The notes below the pieces were generated by a model. That model was not told the origin of the DNA. It saw nothing but the letters and a program-made list of their open reading frames with translations, and did not search any database. Positions 39,757 through 49,572 of a stretch of DNA of 51,967 nt are shown piece after piece. Both the position numbers and the translations under genes were made by a program. The stretch is taken from contig CADAMI010000002.1 in the NCBI GenBank assembly GCA_902788975.1, positions 1 through 51,967 on the forward strand, read 5' to 3'. How positions within the stretch are numbered: the first letter of the stretch is position 1; each line of letters begins with the position of its first letter. This DNA is from an uncultured Erysipelotrichaceae bacterium. Its GTDB lineage: Bacteria; Bacillota_I; Bacilli_A; RF39; UBA660.

Positions 39757-40452
39757 ATGGCTGGTGAACATATGGACTATGAACTAAAATGTGGTTATGA
39801 TTATTTAGAAATTTTCTTTTCAGTTAGAGAAGAAAGATTAGAATATTTAAATAATAATTACAAATATCAAGATATATTGTTTAGGCAAAATAAAGGTAAT
39901 ATTCCTGTTAAAAGTGAATTGTTAAATATATATGAAAATGATAGAGAAATATTTGATAGTGTTATAGGGACTTTTTGCAACATAAGGCTTGTAAGTAATT
40001 GTTTATATGAATTTAATATTGCTGATATATATAAATTAAAGATTAACGAAATAAAGAAAATTGCAAAAGAAATTTTTAACAGATATAATGCTACTAATAT
40101 ATTTTTTAATGATGGAAATAAAATCTTTATTAATAAAACTGGTATAGATGAAGTAATCACAAAAATTTATGAAAGTAGAGAGCAAAGAAAATATTTAATT
40201 CAGCATTTAATTATAATAGCAAATATGTGTAATATAGTGGAACATGGCATATTAGTAAATCAAGCATTAGAATTTAAAGGTAGAGACAAGTACAATAATT
40301 GGAATTATTATCTTGATGTAGTTAATATAACTGGTGAATTATACATTTTAGTATATGATGTCGTGTCAATGACAAATGGCGAAAATCATTATAGAGTACA
40401 AAAAATAGAAAAAATAAAAAAACAGAGATTTCCACTGGGAGTACAAAAATAG
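39757..40452 (+). CDS. Protein with C-terminal LPD3-like (BECR-fold) predicted RNase domain
   Basis: DGNKIFINKTGIDE...NIVEHG.LV...KGR...WNYY...V.I.GE.Y...DV....NGENHY pattern recalled as LPD3-like; needs HMM confirmation. Confidence 0.6.
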   Translation: MAGEHMDYELKCGYDYLEIFFSVREERLEYLNNNYKYQDILFRQNKGNIPVKSELLNIYENDREIFDSVIGTFCNIRLVSNCLYEFNIADIYKLKINEIKKIAKEIFNRYNATNIFFNDGNKIFINKTGIDEVITKIYESREQRKYLIQHLIIIANMCNIVEHGILVNQALEFKGRDKYNNWNYYLDVVNITGELYILVYDVVSMTNGENHYRVQKIEKIKKQRFPLGVQK

Positions 40453-40483
40453 CACCTTACCAGTTTCCAAAATCTCTGTTCTT
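40414..40483 (-). ncRNA. Convergent hairpin sRNA overlapping the 3' end of the LPD3-like gene
   Basis: Minus promoter TTGACT(40518-40513)-17-TATATT(40495-40490) with extended TG; 11-bp closing stem 40421-40431/40470-40480, inner stems that need G-U pairs on the minus strand, U tail. Confidence 0.65.
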
Positions 40484-40599
40484 GGTTATAATATAGCATA
40501 ATTAAATAAGAAAGTCAATGCTTAAAAATGAAATCATAATAGTCAAAAATGAATATATAAAAGATAATATAAATGCTGATAGGCTAGAAAAGATTTATG

Positions 40600-40645
40600 A
40601 AAAAAGAACCCAAGTACGAATATAACTTCGTAGTTGGATTCATCT
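40600..40645 (-). ncRNA. Second convergent hairpin sRNA unit (orphan)
   Basis: Minus promoter TTGACA(40680-40675)-17-CATATT(40657-40652) with extended TG; hairpin 40606-40641 plus U run; overlaps the stop of 35-codon ORF 40518..40625. Confidence 0.45.
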
Positions 40646-40766
40646 ATGTTCAATATGTCATAATCTAATATAAATGTCAATTATGATATATCTAATAATA
40701 GTAATATGCAAGAAAAAGAAAAAAAATACTTAAAAATAGTTTATAATAATTATATGAGGTGATTTA

Positions 40767-41447
40767 ATGAAGGTAATTACTAATATGTTATTTAAGAAAC
40801 AAGATCTTAAATATCGAGAATTTACGGCTAAATCAATACCTAATATAAGTATAGATAAGATTATTGGAGTACGTATTCCGGGTATTAGAGTATTAGCTAA
40901 AGAAATAAAAGATTGTGAATATATAGATGAATTTCTAAATGAATTACCTCATGGGTATCAGGAAGAGAATTTGTTACATGGAATAATACTTAGTTATTAT
41001 AAAGATATTGATTTATTACTTAAGAAATTAGATATATTCTTAAAGTATACAGATAATTGGGCAGTAACAGATATTATTAGTCCTAAGATATTTAAAAAGT
41101 ATCCGGATAAAGTATATAAATATATTGTTAAATGGGTAAATAGTAAAGATGAATATAAAATTAGATTTGGGGTAGTTAGTTTATTACAATTTTATTTAGA
41201 TGATAATTATAATAAAAATATTTTATGGTTAGTTAAAAATATTAAAAGTGAATCATATTATGTCAAGATGGCAATTGCTTGGTTTTATTCTTTTGCTTTG
41301 ATAAAACAATATGATGATACGATTATATTATTTCAGGATAAATGTTTAGATAAATGGATTCATAATAAGAGCATTCAGAAAGCAATAGAGAGTTATAGAA
41401 TTAGTGATGATAAAAAAGAATATTTAAAAAGTTTAAAAATAAAGTAG
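40767..41447 (+). CDS. DNA alkylation repair protein (AlkD-like HEAT fold)
   Basis: GVRIP, DNWAVTD, YYVKMAIAW, KAIESYRI. Confidence 0.88.
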   Translation: MKVITNMLFKKQDLKYREFTAKSIPNISIDKIIGVRIPGIRVLAKEIKDCEYIDEFLNELPHGYQEENLLHGIILSYYKDIDLLLKKLDIFLKYTDNWAVTDIISPKIFKKYPDKVYKYIVKWVNSKDEYKIRFGVVSLLQFYLDDNYNKNILWLVKNIKSESYYVKMAIAWFYSFALIKQYDDTIILFQDKCLDKWIHNKSIQKAIESYRISDDKKEYLKSLKIK

Positions 41448-41455
41448 GTGATATT

Positions 41456-42214
41456 ATGCCAGGATTTGTTAGCCATACAGTAATGGCTAGAGATGTATAT
41501 AATACTATAGATAAAAATAAAGTTGATATAGATTATATGATTTCTTATTCTTTAGGGGGAGATTTATGTAAATATGCTAAATGTCGATATGATAGTCATC
41601 ATAAAGATATGGATAAGTTTATTTATACGATGGCTGATTATATCAAAGAAAATAATTTAGTTAATAATAAAGAAATTATGGGAGTTTTATATGGACATAT
41701 CTGTCATTATGTTATGGATTGTATGATTCATCCATTAGTGAGAATGATCGATAAGGTTTGTATTAAGAATAAACATAATCATACTTTAATTGAAGAATAT
41801 TATGATAGTTATTTAGTTAAAGAAAGATATGAAATAGAAAAGAAAGAATACTTAAAGAAAAGAGTACTTAAGGCTAAAGCTAATAGAAAAATATCTAAGA
41901 TGTTAGATTATGTTTATACGAAAGTATATAATACTCAAAAAGTATCTATTTATTATAATCTTAATTTATTATTATATAGATTATTAAGTAAGATATATAT
42001 TATATTTAGTAAAGGATTTATTGAAAAGATAATTGGATTAAATAGGTTTTTAGATAATAATAAAAGTGTTGATATATTTAATGAGGATAATAAAATTATG
42101 TATAAAGATTATTTAAGAAATGAGTGTTCTAATAGTTTAATGTCTTTATATGAAGAAAGTATAGATGTAGCTAGGGAATATATTAAAAATATAAATAATT
42201 ATCTGAATATTTGA
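41456..42214 (+). CDS. Zinc-dependent phospholipase C family protein
   Basis: MP...SH, GHICHYVMD..IHP, H..IE metal motifs. Confidence 0.8.
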   Translation: MPGFVSHTVMARDVYNTIDKNKVDIDYMISYSLGGDLCKYAKCRYDSHHKDMDKFIYTMADYIKENNLVNNKEIMGVLYGHICHYVMDCMIHPLVRMIDKVCIKNKHNHTLIEEYYDSYLVKERYEIEKKEYLKKRVLKAKANRKISKMLDYVYTKVYNTQKVSIYYNLNLLLYRLLSKIYIIFSKGFIEKIIGLNRFLDNNKSVDIFNEDNKIMYKDYLRNECSNSLMSLYEESIDVAREYIKNINNYLNI

Positions 42215-42262
42215 CAAATGTTTGTTTTTATGGTAGAGTATATCACTCGAAAGAGGGGTATT

Positions 42263-42523
42263 ATGAATACTTTTAAGAAAGAAATAAAAAATAAAGATAA
42301 TAGTGTAGATATTGTTTTTGCTAAATCAAGTGATAATTATATTGTTATTATTAATGATAATTATAAATTAATTAGATTTAATAATAGTAAAAGTACATTT
42401 AAAAATTCAATATTAGGAACAGATATTGGAATACATAGTAAAGGATTTACCAGTGTAGTAGCTATATCAATAATAATTGCGGTTGGATTAATGGCAATAA
42501 TGCTTATTAATTTTAGAATATAA
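42263..42523 (+). CDS. Hypothetical membrane protein
   Basis: RBS GAGGGG, C-terminal TM helix. Confidence 0.55.
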   Translation: MNTFKKEIKNKDNSVDIVFAKSSDNYIVIINDNYKLIRFNNSKSTFKNSILGTDIGIHSKGFTSVVAISIIIAVGLMAIMLINFRI

Positions 42524-42532
42524 GGTGTAAGT

Positions 42533-42772
42533 ATGAATATTTATTTAAAATTTAGAGAATTATTAATTCAGAATGAACTAAAAAAAGTAGAGAGTGAAAT
42601 TTCTAATTTAGAAAAAGGATTAGATGCTATTACTAATAATCCATTATTAGTTAAAAATATAAAATCAAGAATGAACTTATTAATACGTAAATCTGAATTA
42701 CTTGAATATGATTTATCTTTAGTCATGCAGGAAATGGATAATAGTAATAAAGATATTAAAAATAATAAATAA
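42533..42772 (+). CDS. Hypothetical coiled-coil protein
   Basis: RBS AAGGTG, followed by terminator at about 42771-42804. Confidence 0.55.
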   Translation: MNIYLKFRELLIQNELKKVESEISNLEKGLDAITNNPLLVKNIKSRMNLLIRKSELLEYDLSLVMQEMDNSNKDIKNNK

Positions 42773-42852
42773 AGAATCGTTATTTGACAATGATTCTTTT
42801 TTTTGTTATAATTTCTTAGTCTTTATACTTTATTAATGAAGAAAGGAGAAAA

Positions 42853-44502
42853 ATGAGTAAAATTAATATATTTAGTCTAGGTGGACTAAATGAAAATGGT
42901 AAGAATATGTATGTTATCGAAGTTGATAACGATATATTTGTTTTTGAAGCGGGGTTGCAGTATGCTGATGAGCATACGTTAGGAATAGATTATTTTATTC
43001 CTAATATTGATTATTTAAAAGATAATAAAGAAAGAATAAAAGGAATATTTTTGACACATGGACATGATGAGAATGTTGGAGCTCTTACTGATATAGTTGA
43101 TGTACTTGATAATGTTAAGATTTATGGATCTAAATTTACTTTAAATATTGTTAGACATGAATTTGATAATTATAAAAAGAGTACTGATAATTTAATTGAA
43201 ATAAAAGAGAATAGAATTATTGATTTTGGTAATGTTAGAATTACTCCAATTAGTTTATCACATTCAATTCCAGATAATTTAGGATTTGCTGTGTATACAC
43301 CTGATGGAGTTATCTTTTATGCATCAGACTTTGTTTTTGATCAGACAATGCGTGGACCTTACAGAACAGATTTAGGAAGGCTTGCTTATGTCGGAAGACA
43401 AGGAGTTTTATGTTTAATGACCGAGTCATTATATGCGATGAATAAAGGATATACTTCACCAAATCATCGTATTAGTGGACTAATTAATAAGACACTTGCT
43501 AGAAATAAAGGAAGAATAATATTTAATGTCTTAAATTCCCATTTATATCGAATACAAGAATTATTTAATGAGGTATCAAAGACTGATCGTAAGATTGTGG
43601 TAATGGGAAAAAGGCTTCAAAATATTGTTAAATATTCATTAGAAAATAATTATTTAAAGATAGATAAAAAATTTATTGGTACTTTAGCTAATATAAATGA
43701 TCCTGATGTTGTAATACTTAATTCAAATGAAAGAGAAAAACCTTATGTTAATATGATTAAAATATTAGATGGTTATGATAAATTTATTAAAATTAATAAA
43801 GATGATACGATATTTTTAGCTACTCCTATATATGAAGGAAGAGAAAAAACATTTTATAGATTATTAGATAGAATAGCGATGATTGGAGCTAATGCGGTAA
43901 CATTACCACCAAAAGAGTATTTGTCATATCATGCATCTAGTGAAGACTTAATGATGATGATCGATTTAATGAATCCAAAATATTATTTTCCAATAAAAGG
44001 AGAATACTCAGAACAAGTAGCTAATGGAGACTTAGCTTATCAATTAGGTATTTCAAAGGAAAATATTATTCTTAAAGAAAATGGATATGTCGCTAGTTTT
44101 CAAGATGGGGAATTAGTTAATGACTTTAAACAAGTTCATACGGGAGTTATATCTATTGATGGAGAAAGTAGCGATGATGTTGGTGAACTTGTTTTAAGAG
44201 ATAGAGAAATGTTATCAGAAAATGGGATAATTATTATTAGTGCTACTCTTGATAAGAAAACAAAACATATATTATCAGGACCTGAAATATTAACAAGAGG
44301 ATTTATCTATGTAAGAGATAGTGCGGAACTAGTTGATGGAATTAAAAAGATATGTATTGAAATAATAACTAATAATGCCCATAATAATTATATTGATTAT
44401 AATAAAGTTAAATTGTTAATACGTGATAATTTATCTAAATATTTAATAGATGAGACTGGTAATAAACCAATGATTATTACGGTAATCCAAGAAATAGAAT
44501 AA
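42853..44502 (+). CDS. rnjB: Ribonuclease J (J2-like)
   Basis: LGGLNENGKNM, THGHDENVG (J2-type), HSIPD, GP.I.TRGF.Y. Confidence 0.88.
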   Translation: MSKINIFSLGGLNENGKNMYVIEVDNDIFVFEAGLQYADEHTLGIDYFIPNIDYLKDNKERIKGIFLTHGHDENVGALTDIVDVLDNVKIYGSKFTLNIVRHEFDNYKKSTDNLIEIKENRIIDFGNVRITPISLSHSIPDNLGFAVYTPDGVIFYASDFVFDQTMRGPYRTDLGRLAYVGRQGVLCLMTESLYAMNKGYTSPNHRISGLINKTLARNKGRIIFNVLNSHLYRIQELFNEVSKTDRKIVVMGKRLQNIVKYSLENNYLKIDKKFIGTLANINDPDVVILNSNEREKPYVNMIKILDGYDKFIKINKDDTIFLATPIYEGREKTFYRLLDRIAMIGANAVTLPPKEYLSYHASSEDLMMMIDLMNPKYYFPIKGEYSEQVANGDLAYQLGISKENIILKENGYVASFQDGELVNDFKQVHTGVISIDGESSDDVGELVLRDREMLSENGIIIISATLDKKTKHILSGPEILTRGFIYVRDSAELVDGIKKICIEIITNNAHNNYIDYNKVKLLIRDNLSKYLIDETGNKPMIITVIQEIE

Positions 44503-44610
44503 ATAACATTGTCTTATTTGACAATGTTATTATTTTTTTAAAAAAATAATTGTTATTATTCTTACATTTTGATATAATTATTTTAGATTTTATGATAGAG
44601 GTGTAATTAT

Positions 44611-45396
44611 ATGGACAATAAAAAGAAATTAATTATATTGATAGTTTCAATCATTGCTTTAATATTATTAATAATTGGTGGAACATATGCATTTATAACT
44701 TGGTCATCAAATGAGAATCAAGCAACAAATGTAGTCTTTACTGTAACACCAGATTTTAGTTGTAGTGCGGATGCGGGTGGACATATAACTAGTAATGATC
44801 GAATGCTAGCACCAACGGACTGTATGGATCCAGAGTATGCCATCCAAAGAACAATTAGTACAGGCTTAACAAATGAAAGTGATGGAAAAGTTTATTATGA
44901 TTTATGGCTGGATGTCAATAACATTGGATCTGGTTTATCAGGAAGCCAAAACTTTAAATATGCTTTAACACAACAAGCTGACAATTGTGTTGCTAACCCT
45001 ATAGTAACAGGTACGTTTAATGGCGTAACTAATGGTGATGTAATAACGTTACTCATAGGTATTAATAATAGTTATTTATCGAGTGCAACCGGTACTTATT
45101 ATTTATATATTTGGTTAGATGAGGCTGAGACTGACATTAATACGCAAAATCAAAATTTTGATTTTTCAATAAATGGAAGATGCTCTAATATACTTTATGG
45201 TGATGCTAATGGCGATGGTGAAATTAACAGTAAGGATATAACACGTATAAATAGGTATATTAATGGTAGTACTACAGAAATAATTTATGATGCTGCCGAT
45301 GTTAATGTGGACGGCGTAATAGATAGTACAGATTCAACTATTCTACAAAATTATATTAATAATAATGGAAAAAATATTATATTGGGTCCACATTAA
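44611..45396 (+). CDS. Secreted TasA-like protein with C-terminal type I dockerin
   Basis: Signal ending GGTYAF; duplicated dockerin loops GDANGDGEINSKD and ADVNVDGVIDSTD. Confidence 0.82.
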   Translation: MDNKKKLIILIVSIIALILLIIGGTYAFITWSSNENQATNVVFTVTPDFSCSADAGGHITSNDRMLAPTDCMDPEYAIQRTISTGLTNESDGKVYYDLWLDVNNIGSGLSGSQNFKYALTQQADNCVANPIVTGTFNGVTNGDVITLLIGINNSYLSSATGTYYLYIWLDEAETDINTQNQNFDFSINGRCSNILYGDANGDGEINSKDITRINRYINGSTTEIIYDAADVNVDGVIDSTDSTILQNYINNNGKNIILGPH

Positions 45397-45436
45397 TTTT
45401 AATGAAAGTTTATATATTCAGTTATTTAAAAAAAAT

Positions 45437-45468
45437 AAAAATCGTTTCATTTCATTGAGACGATTTTT
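45437..45468. terminator. Bidirectional terminator
   Basis: AAAATCGTTTCA...TGAGACGATTTT between convergent genes. Confidence 0.7.
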
Positions 45469-46385
45469 TATCTGTATTCAGCTTTTACCATTTTAGCATG
45501 GATGACAGCCCTTTTAGTACCATCATCGGAGCAGGTTGAGAGAGTTAATATTTTATCGTTTGTGGTTAATTCTTCATTAAAGTTATAGATACTTCTATTT
45601 TTTAAGGTATCTAAGAATTCTTGATGTTCTTCAGTAGTTTCAAAGTATGTTTTTAAATAATAGACTTCGGGTTTTATTTGATAGATAGAAAATATTTTCC
45701 ATATCGTGTTTGATGTTGGGGTAGATATTTTAATATATTGATTTTCTTCATTTGTGTACCATGATTCTTTTTGACACCATATTAATGAACCAAACATGGT
45801 TCTATTTATTAGATTGTGTCCATAGAGGATAGTGTTATTTCCAAAATAAGTAAAGTCATCACGATAGTCACCATAGACCCAACCACCGAAGTTACTATTT
45901 TTATTAAAGTCATGTTTTAGATAATATTCGTTATCATCTGCTTGAACAACTGAATAATTAACATTAGTGTTATTGACTTTTATCCAAGCGACTGTATCAC
46001 TATTTTTTTGTAATAGTTCAGTAAAATCAACATTTAGAAAACTTATATTGGAATATTTATCATTATCAGTAGGGGTATACTCTGTTTGATCTATTTCTTC
46101 TGCTTTTTCGTTTTCTAATATTTTAGTAGCTTCTAGAATGCTGGCTGTTAGTTCATTTATTTTTAATTTTTGGACATACCATCTAGTTGAAAGAAAGATA
46201 CATATAAAGTATATCGTTAAAGTAAGAGAAATCATTATTACTGGGATTATTGGTTTACCTTTATAAGTTAATTCTCTTCCTCTTTTAGGATCAATAATAC
46301 ACATAATACCTATAAAAAGATAGCGAGGTATAAGAGTAAAAATATTATATACACCTAGATAAAACCAACGACAAATATTAATCAT
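45468..46385 (-). CDS. srtB: Class B sortase
   Basis: N.DTVAWI, VVQADDNEYYL.HDF, YGHN, LTLSTC...R. Confidence 0.92.
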   Translation of the reverse strand: MINICRWFYLGVYNIFTLIPRYLFIGIMCIIDPKRGRELTYKGKPIIPVIMISLTLTIYFICIFLSTRWYVQKLKINELTASILEATKILENEKAEEIDQTEYTPTDNDKYSNISFLNVDFTELLQKNSDTVAWIKVNNTNVNYSVVQADDNEYYLKHDFNKNSNFGGWVYGDYRDDFTYFGNNTILYGHNLINRTMFGSLIWCQKESWYTNEENQYIKISTPTSNTIWKIFSIYQIKPEVYYLKTYFETTEEHQEFLDTLKNRSIYNFNEELTTNDKILTLSTCSDDGTKRAVIHAKMVKAEYR

Positions 46386-46495
46386 TTCATATACCTCCTA
46401 GTATCTTAATTATAGCATATATTAAGAAAAAATAATATAATACTTTGAAAAAAAATAAAATAATGTTATAATATGTTGTAGTTATTGGAAAGAAG

Positions 46496-47044
46496 GTGAA
46501 TCAAGTGAATATTAATGATATAAAAGTTGGAGATAGATTACAGATACAATGTTATAAACACGATGGTAGTTTACATAGAAGATGGGATGAAGCCGTTGTT
46601 TTAGATATATTTGATGATTATATGGTCTTTGGTAATAATAGAACAACAGTAGTTGATGCTGATGGAAAAATATGGAAAACGAGAGAACCAGCGGTAATGT
46701 TTTTCTTTAAAGATAGATGGTTTAATATAATTGGGCAACTTAAGGATTATGGAATATATTTTTATTGTAATATAGCAACACCAGCCTTGATAGATAATAG
46801 AGTAATTAAATATATTGATTATGATCTAGATTTAAGAGTATTCCCTAATGGTAGTTTTAAAATACTTGATAGAATGGAATATAAATATCATAAAAGACAA
46901 ATGCATTATTCAAATAGACTTGATTTTATACTTAAATATGAGCTTGGTAATTTAATTGATATGGTAAGAGTTAGAGAAATGCCATTTGATAAAGAAACAA
47001 TTAATAAATATTATGAAAAATATGTTAGTTTAGTGAAGGAATAG
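46496..47044 (+). CDS. DUF402 family nucleoside tri/diphosphate phosphatase (YgaC-like)
   Basis: YKHDGSLHRRW, YCNIA.P, YIDYDLD. Confidence 0.9.
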   Translation: MNQVNINDIKVGDRLQIQCYKHDGSLHRRWDEAVVLDIFDDYMVFGNNRTTVVDADGKIWKTREPAVMFFFKDRWFNIIGQLKDYGIYFYCNIATPALIDNRVIKYIDYDLDLRVFPNGSFKILDRMEYKYHKRQMHYSNRLDFILKYELGNLIDMVRVREMPFDKETINKYYEKYVSLVKE

Positions 47045-47133
47045 ATTATGTTCTATTTTTTCTTTCATTTAGGACTTGAATATAACTTTGTTAATTGATA
47101 TAATTATTCTAGCAATACGAAAGGAAGATAATA

Positions 47134-47586
47134 ATGGAAGAATATAAATTGACAATGCGTAGTGAAGAAGATACTGTACATTTAGCACAAAATATTGAAT
47201 CAGAGAAGTTTCCTAATATGGTAATTTGTTTATATGGTGAACTTGGTAGTGGCAAGACTGTTTTTGCTAAATCATTTGGACATGCCATGGGAATTGATGG
47301 CGTTACTTCATCTACTTTTAATATAATTAAGGAATATAATGGAGAATTACCACTATACCATATGGATGTATATAGATTAGAGGATGGCAATGTAGATAAT
47401 TTAGGACTTGAAGAATACTTTGAAAAGGGTGGCGTTACCATTATTGAATGGGCTGACTTAATCAAAGATTATTTACCAGAAGAGAGACTAGATATTAAAT
47501 TTAAAGTTATTGATGAAAATACTAGAGTATTAATACTTAGACCACATGGGGAAGAGTATCAACGAGTATGTGAGGATATTTTATGA
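47134..47586 (+). CDS. tsaE: t6A biosynthesis ATPase TsaE
   Basis: GELGSGKT, YHMDVYRL, IIEW. Confidence 0.95.
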   Translation: MEEYKLTMRSEEDTVHLAQNIESEKFPNMVICLYGELGSGKTVFAKSFGHAMGIDGVTSSTFNIIKEYNGELPLYHMDVYRLEDGNVDNLGLEEYFEKGGVTIIEWADLIKDYLPEERLDIKFKVIDENTRVLILRPHGEEYQRVCEDIL

Positions 47587-48209
47587 TAAGTTTATTTATA
47601 GATACATCGATGGCTAATGTATCTATTTCTGTTGTTAAGGATAATAAAATTCTTTCTTTAATTGAGAAAGATATTCCTAATATGCATTCAGCTTATGCGA
47701 CTAAATATGTTAAAGATGCTTTAGATACGGCTAATATTGATGCGAATGATGTCGATAATATTATGGTTGTTAATGGGCCGGGATCATTTACGGGAGTTAG
47801 AATTGGGGTAACGATTGCTAAAACTTATGGATATTTAATAAAAAAAGATATTACACCAATATCTAGTTTAAAAAGTTTGGCAATAAGTAGTAATTATAAT
47901 GATATGGTTATGAGTATTATACCAGCTAATAAAAGTAGTTATTATGTTGGAATATATGATAAAGATTATAATGTTATTTATGATGAATGTTTTATGAAAA
48001 AAGAAGATATTTTAGTTTTGTGTGATAAATATAATCCTTATATTGTAGGATTAGATCAAAGTATTATTGGTAAGTATAAGATTAATAAACAGAATTTAGA
48101 TATCCTTAAGATAGTTAATTATTATATGGATAAAGAAAAAGTTAATTCACATAAAATAGTTCCTAACTATTTAAAATTACCTCAAGCATTAGAAGGTAAA
48201 AATGATTAA
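47583..48209 (+). CDS. tsaB: t6A biosynthesis protein TsaB
   Basis: IDTS, GPGSFTGVRIG, P.YL. Confidence 0.95.
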   Translation: MISLFIDTSMANVSISVVKDNKILSLIEKDIPNMHSAYATKYVKDALDTANIDANDVDNIMVVNGPGSFTGVRIGVTIAKTYGYLIKKDITPISSLKSLAISSNYNDMVMSIIPANKSSYYVGIYDKDYNVIYDECFMKKEDILVLCDKYNPYIVGLDQSIIGKYKINKQNLDILKIVNYYMDKEKVNSHKIVPNYLKLPQALEGKND

Positions 48210-48555
48210 AGAAATAGATATTATTAGTACTAATCCATTTGGGAGAAGAATTGAATATTTTATTGATGAAGAAAGTGTTGGTTATTTAGAGTATTCACTG
48301 ATATATGATCGAATGGAAATAGATAATATTAAAGTTTTGGAAGAATATAGGGGACAAGGAATAGGTACTAAACTTATGGCTTATCTAGTTAGTTTAGCGA
48401 TAGATTATAAGGTAGATAATATTACTTTAGAAGTAAGAGTTAGTAATGAGATAGCTAGAAATTTATATAAAAAGTTTGGCTTTAGAGAGGTAGCATTAAG
48501 AAAATACTATTACGGGGATGAAGATGGTATTTTAATGGAAAAAAATTTTATGTAG
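48202..48555 (+). CDS. rimI: RimI-like N-acetyltransferase
   Basis: YRGQGIG, LEVRVSN..A..LY.KFGF...RK.YY..ED. Confidence 0.88.
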   Translation: MIKEIDIISTNPFGRRIEYFIDEESVGYLEYSLIYDRMEIDNIKVLEEYRGQGIGTKLMAYLVSLAIDYKVDNITLEVRVSNEIARNLYKKFGFREVALRKYYYGDEDGILMEKNFM

Positions 48556-48570
48556 TAAGAAGGTGAAGAT

Positions 48571-49572
48571 ATGTATATTTTAGCAATTGAATCAAGTTGT
48601 GATGAAACTAGTATGAGTATTATTAAAGATGGGATAGAAGAAATATGTACAGTTACGAATACTCAAATAGATATTCATAAAAAGTTTGGAGGCGTAGTTC
48701 CAGAAGTAGCTAGTCGTAGTCATATTGAAAATGTTACAATAGTTTTGGATGAATTACTAGAAAGAAGTGGTTTTACAATCGATATGATTGATGCGATTGG
48801 GGTTACTTATGGTCCAGGATTAATTGGATCTTTAATGATTGGCCTTCAGTGCGCTAAAACAATTTCTTTGGTAACTGGTAAGCCTTTAATACCAGTACAT
48901 CATATTGCTGGACATATCTACGCTAATAATTTAGAAAAAAGATTAGAATTTCCATTAATTGCTTTAGTCGTATCTGGAGGACATACTGATTTAGTATATA
49001 TGAAAGAAGATTATTCTTTTAAGCGTATTGGATCAACTTTAGATGATGCCGTTGGAGAAGCATATGATAAAGTAGCTAAAGTATGTGGACTTGAATATCC
49101 TGGTGGTCCTAAAGTAGATAAATTAGCTAAATTAGGTAAAGATACATATGATTTACCATATCCACTAGATGATGATAGTTATAATTTTAGTTTTAGTGGC
49201 ATAAAATCAGCGGTAGTTAATCTTGTTCACAATGAAGAACAAAGAGGTAATAAAATCAGAGTTAATGATATGTGTACTTCATTTCAAAATAGAGTAGTAA
49301 ATGTTATTACAAAGAAAACAATTAGAGCATTAAAGGAATATAACTGTAATAATTTAGTTTTAGCTGGGGGAGTAGCTGCTAATAGTTATTTAAGAGAAGA
49401 ATTAACTAAGGCATGTAAAGATAATAATATTAATTTTAGTTATCCAAGAATGGCATATTGTACTGATAATGGAGCGATGATTGGAGCGGCAGCTTATTAT
49501 GCATATAAAAAGGGAATTATGGCTGACTTAACTTTAAATGCGGTAGCAGTTGAAACATTATATAATGAATAA
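48571..49572 (+). CDS. tsaD: t6A transferase TsaD
   Basis: IESSCDET, GGVVPE.ASR.H, HH.AGH, VSGGHT, DDAVGEAYDK, CTDNGAMI. Confidence 0.97.
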   Translation: MYILAIESSCDETSMSIIKDGIEEICTVTNTQIDIHKKFGGVVPEVASRSHIENVTIVLDELLERSGFTIDMIDAIGVTYGPGLIGSLMIGLQCAKTISLVTGKPLIPVHHIAGHIYANNLEKRLEFPLIALVVSGGHTDLVYMKEDYSFKRIGSTLDDAVGEAYDKVAKVCGLEYPGGPKVDKLAKLGKDTYDLPYPLDDDSYNFSFSGIKSAVVNLVHNEEQRGNKIRVNDMCTSFQNRVVNVITKKTIRALKEYNCNNLVLAGGVAANSYLREELTKACKDNNINFSYPRMAYCTDNGAMIGAAAYYAYKKGIMADLTLNAVAVETLYNE

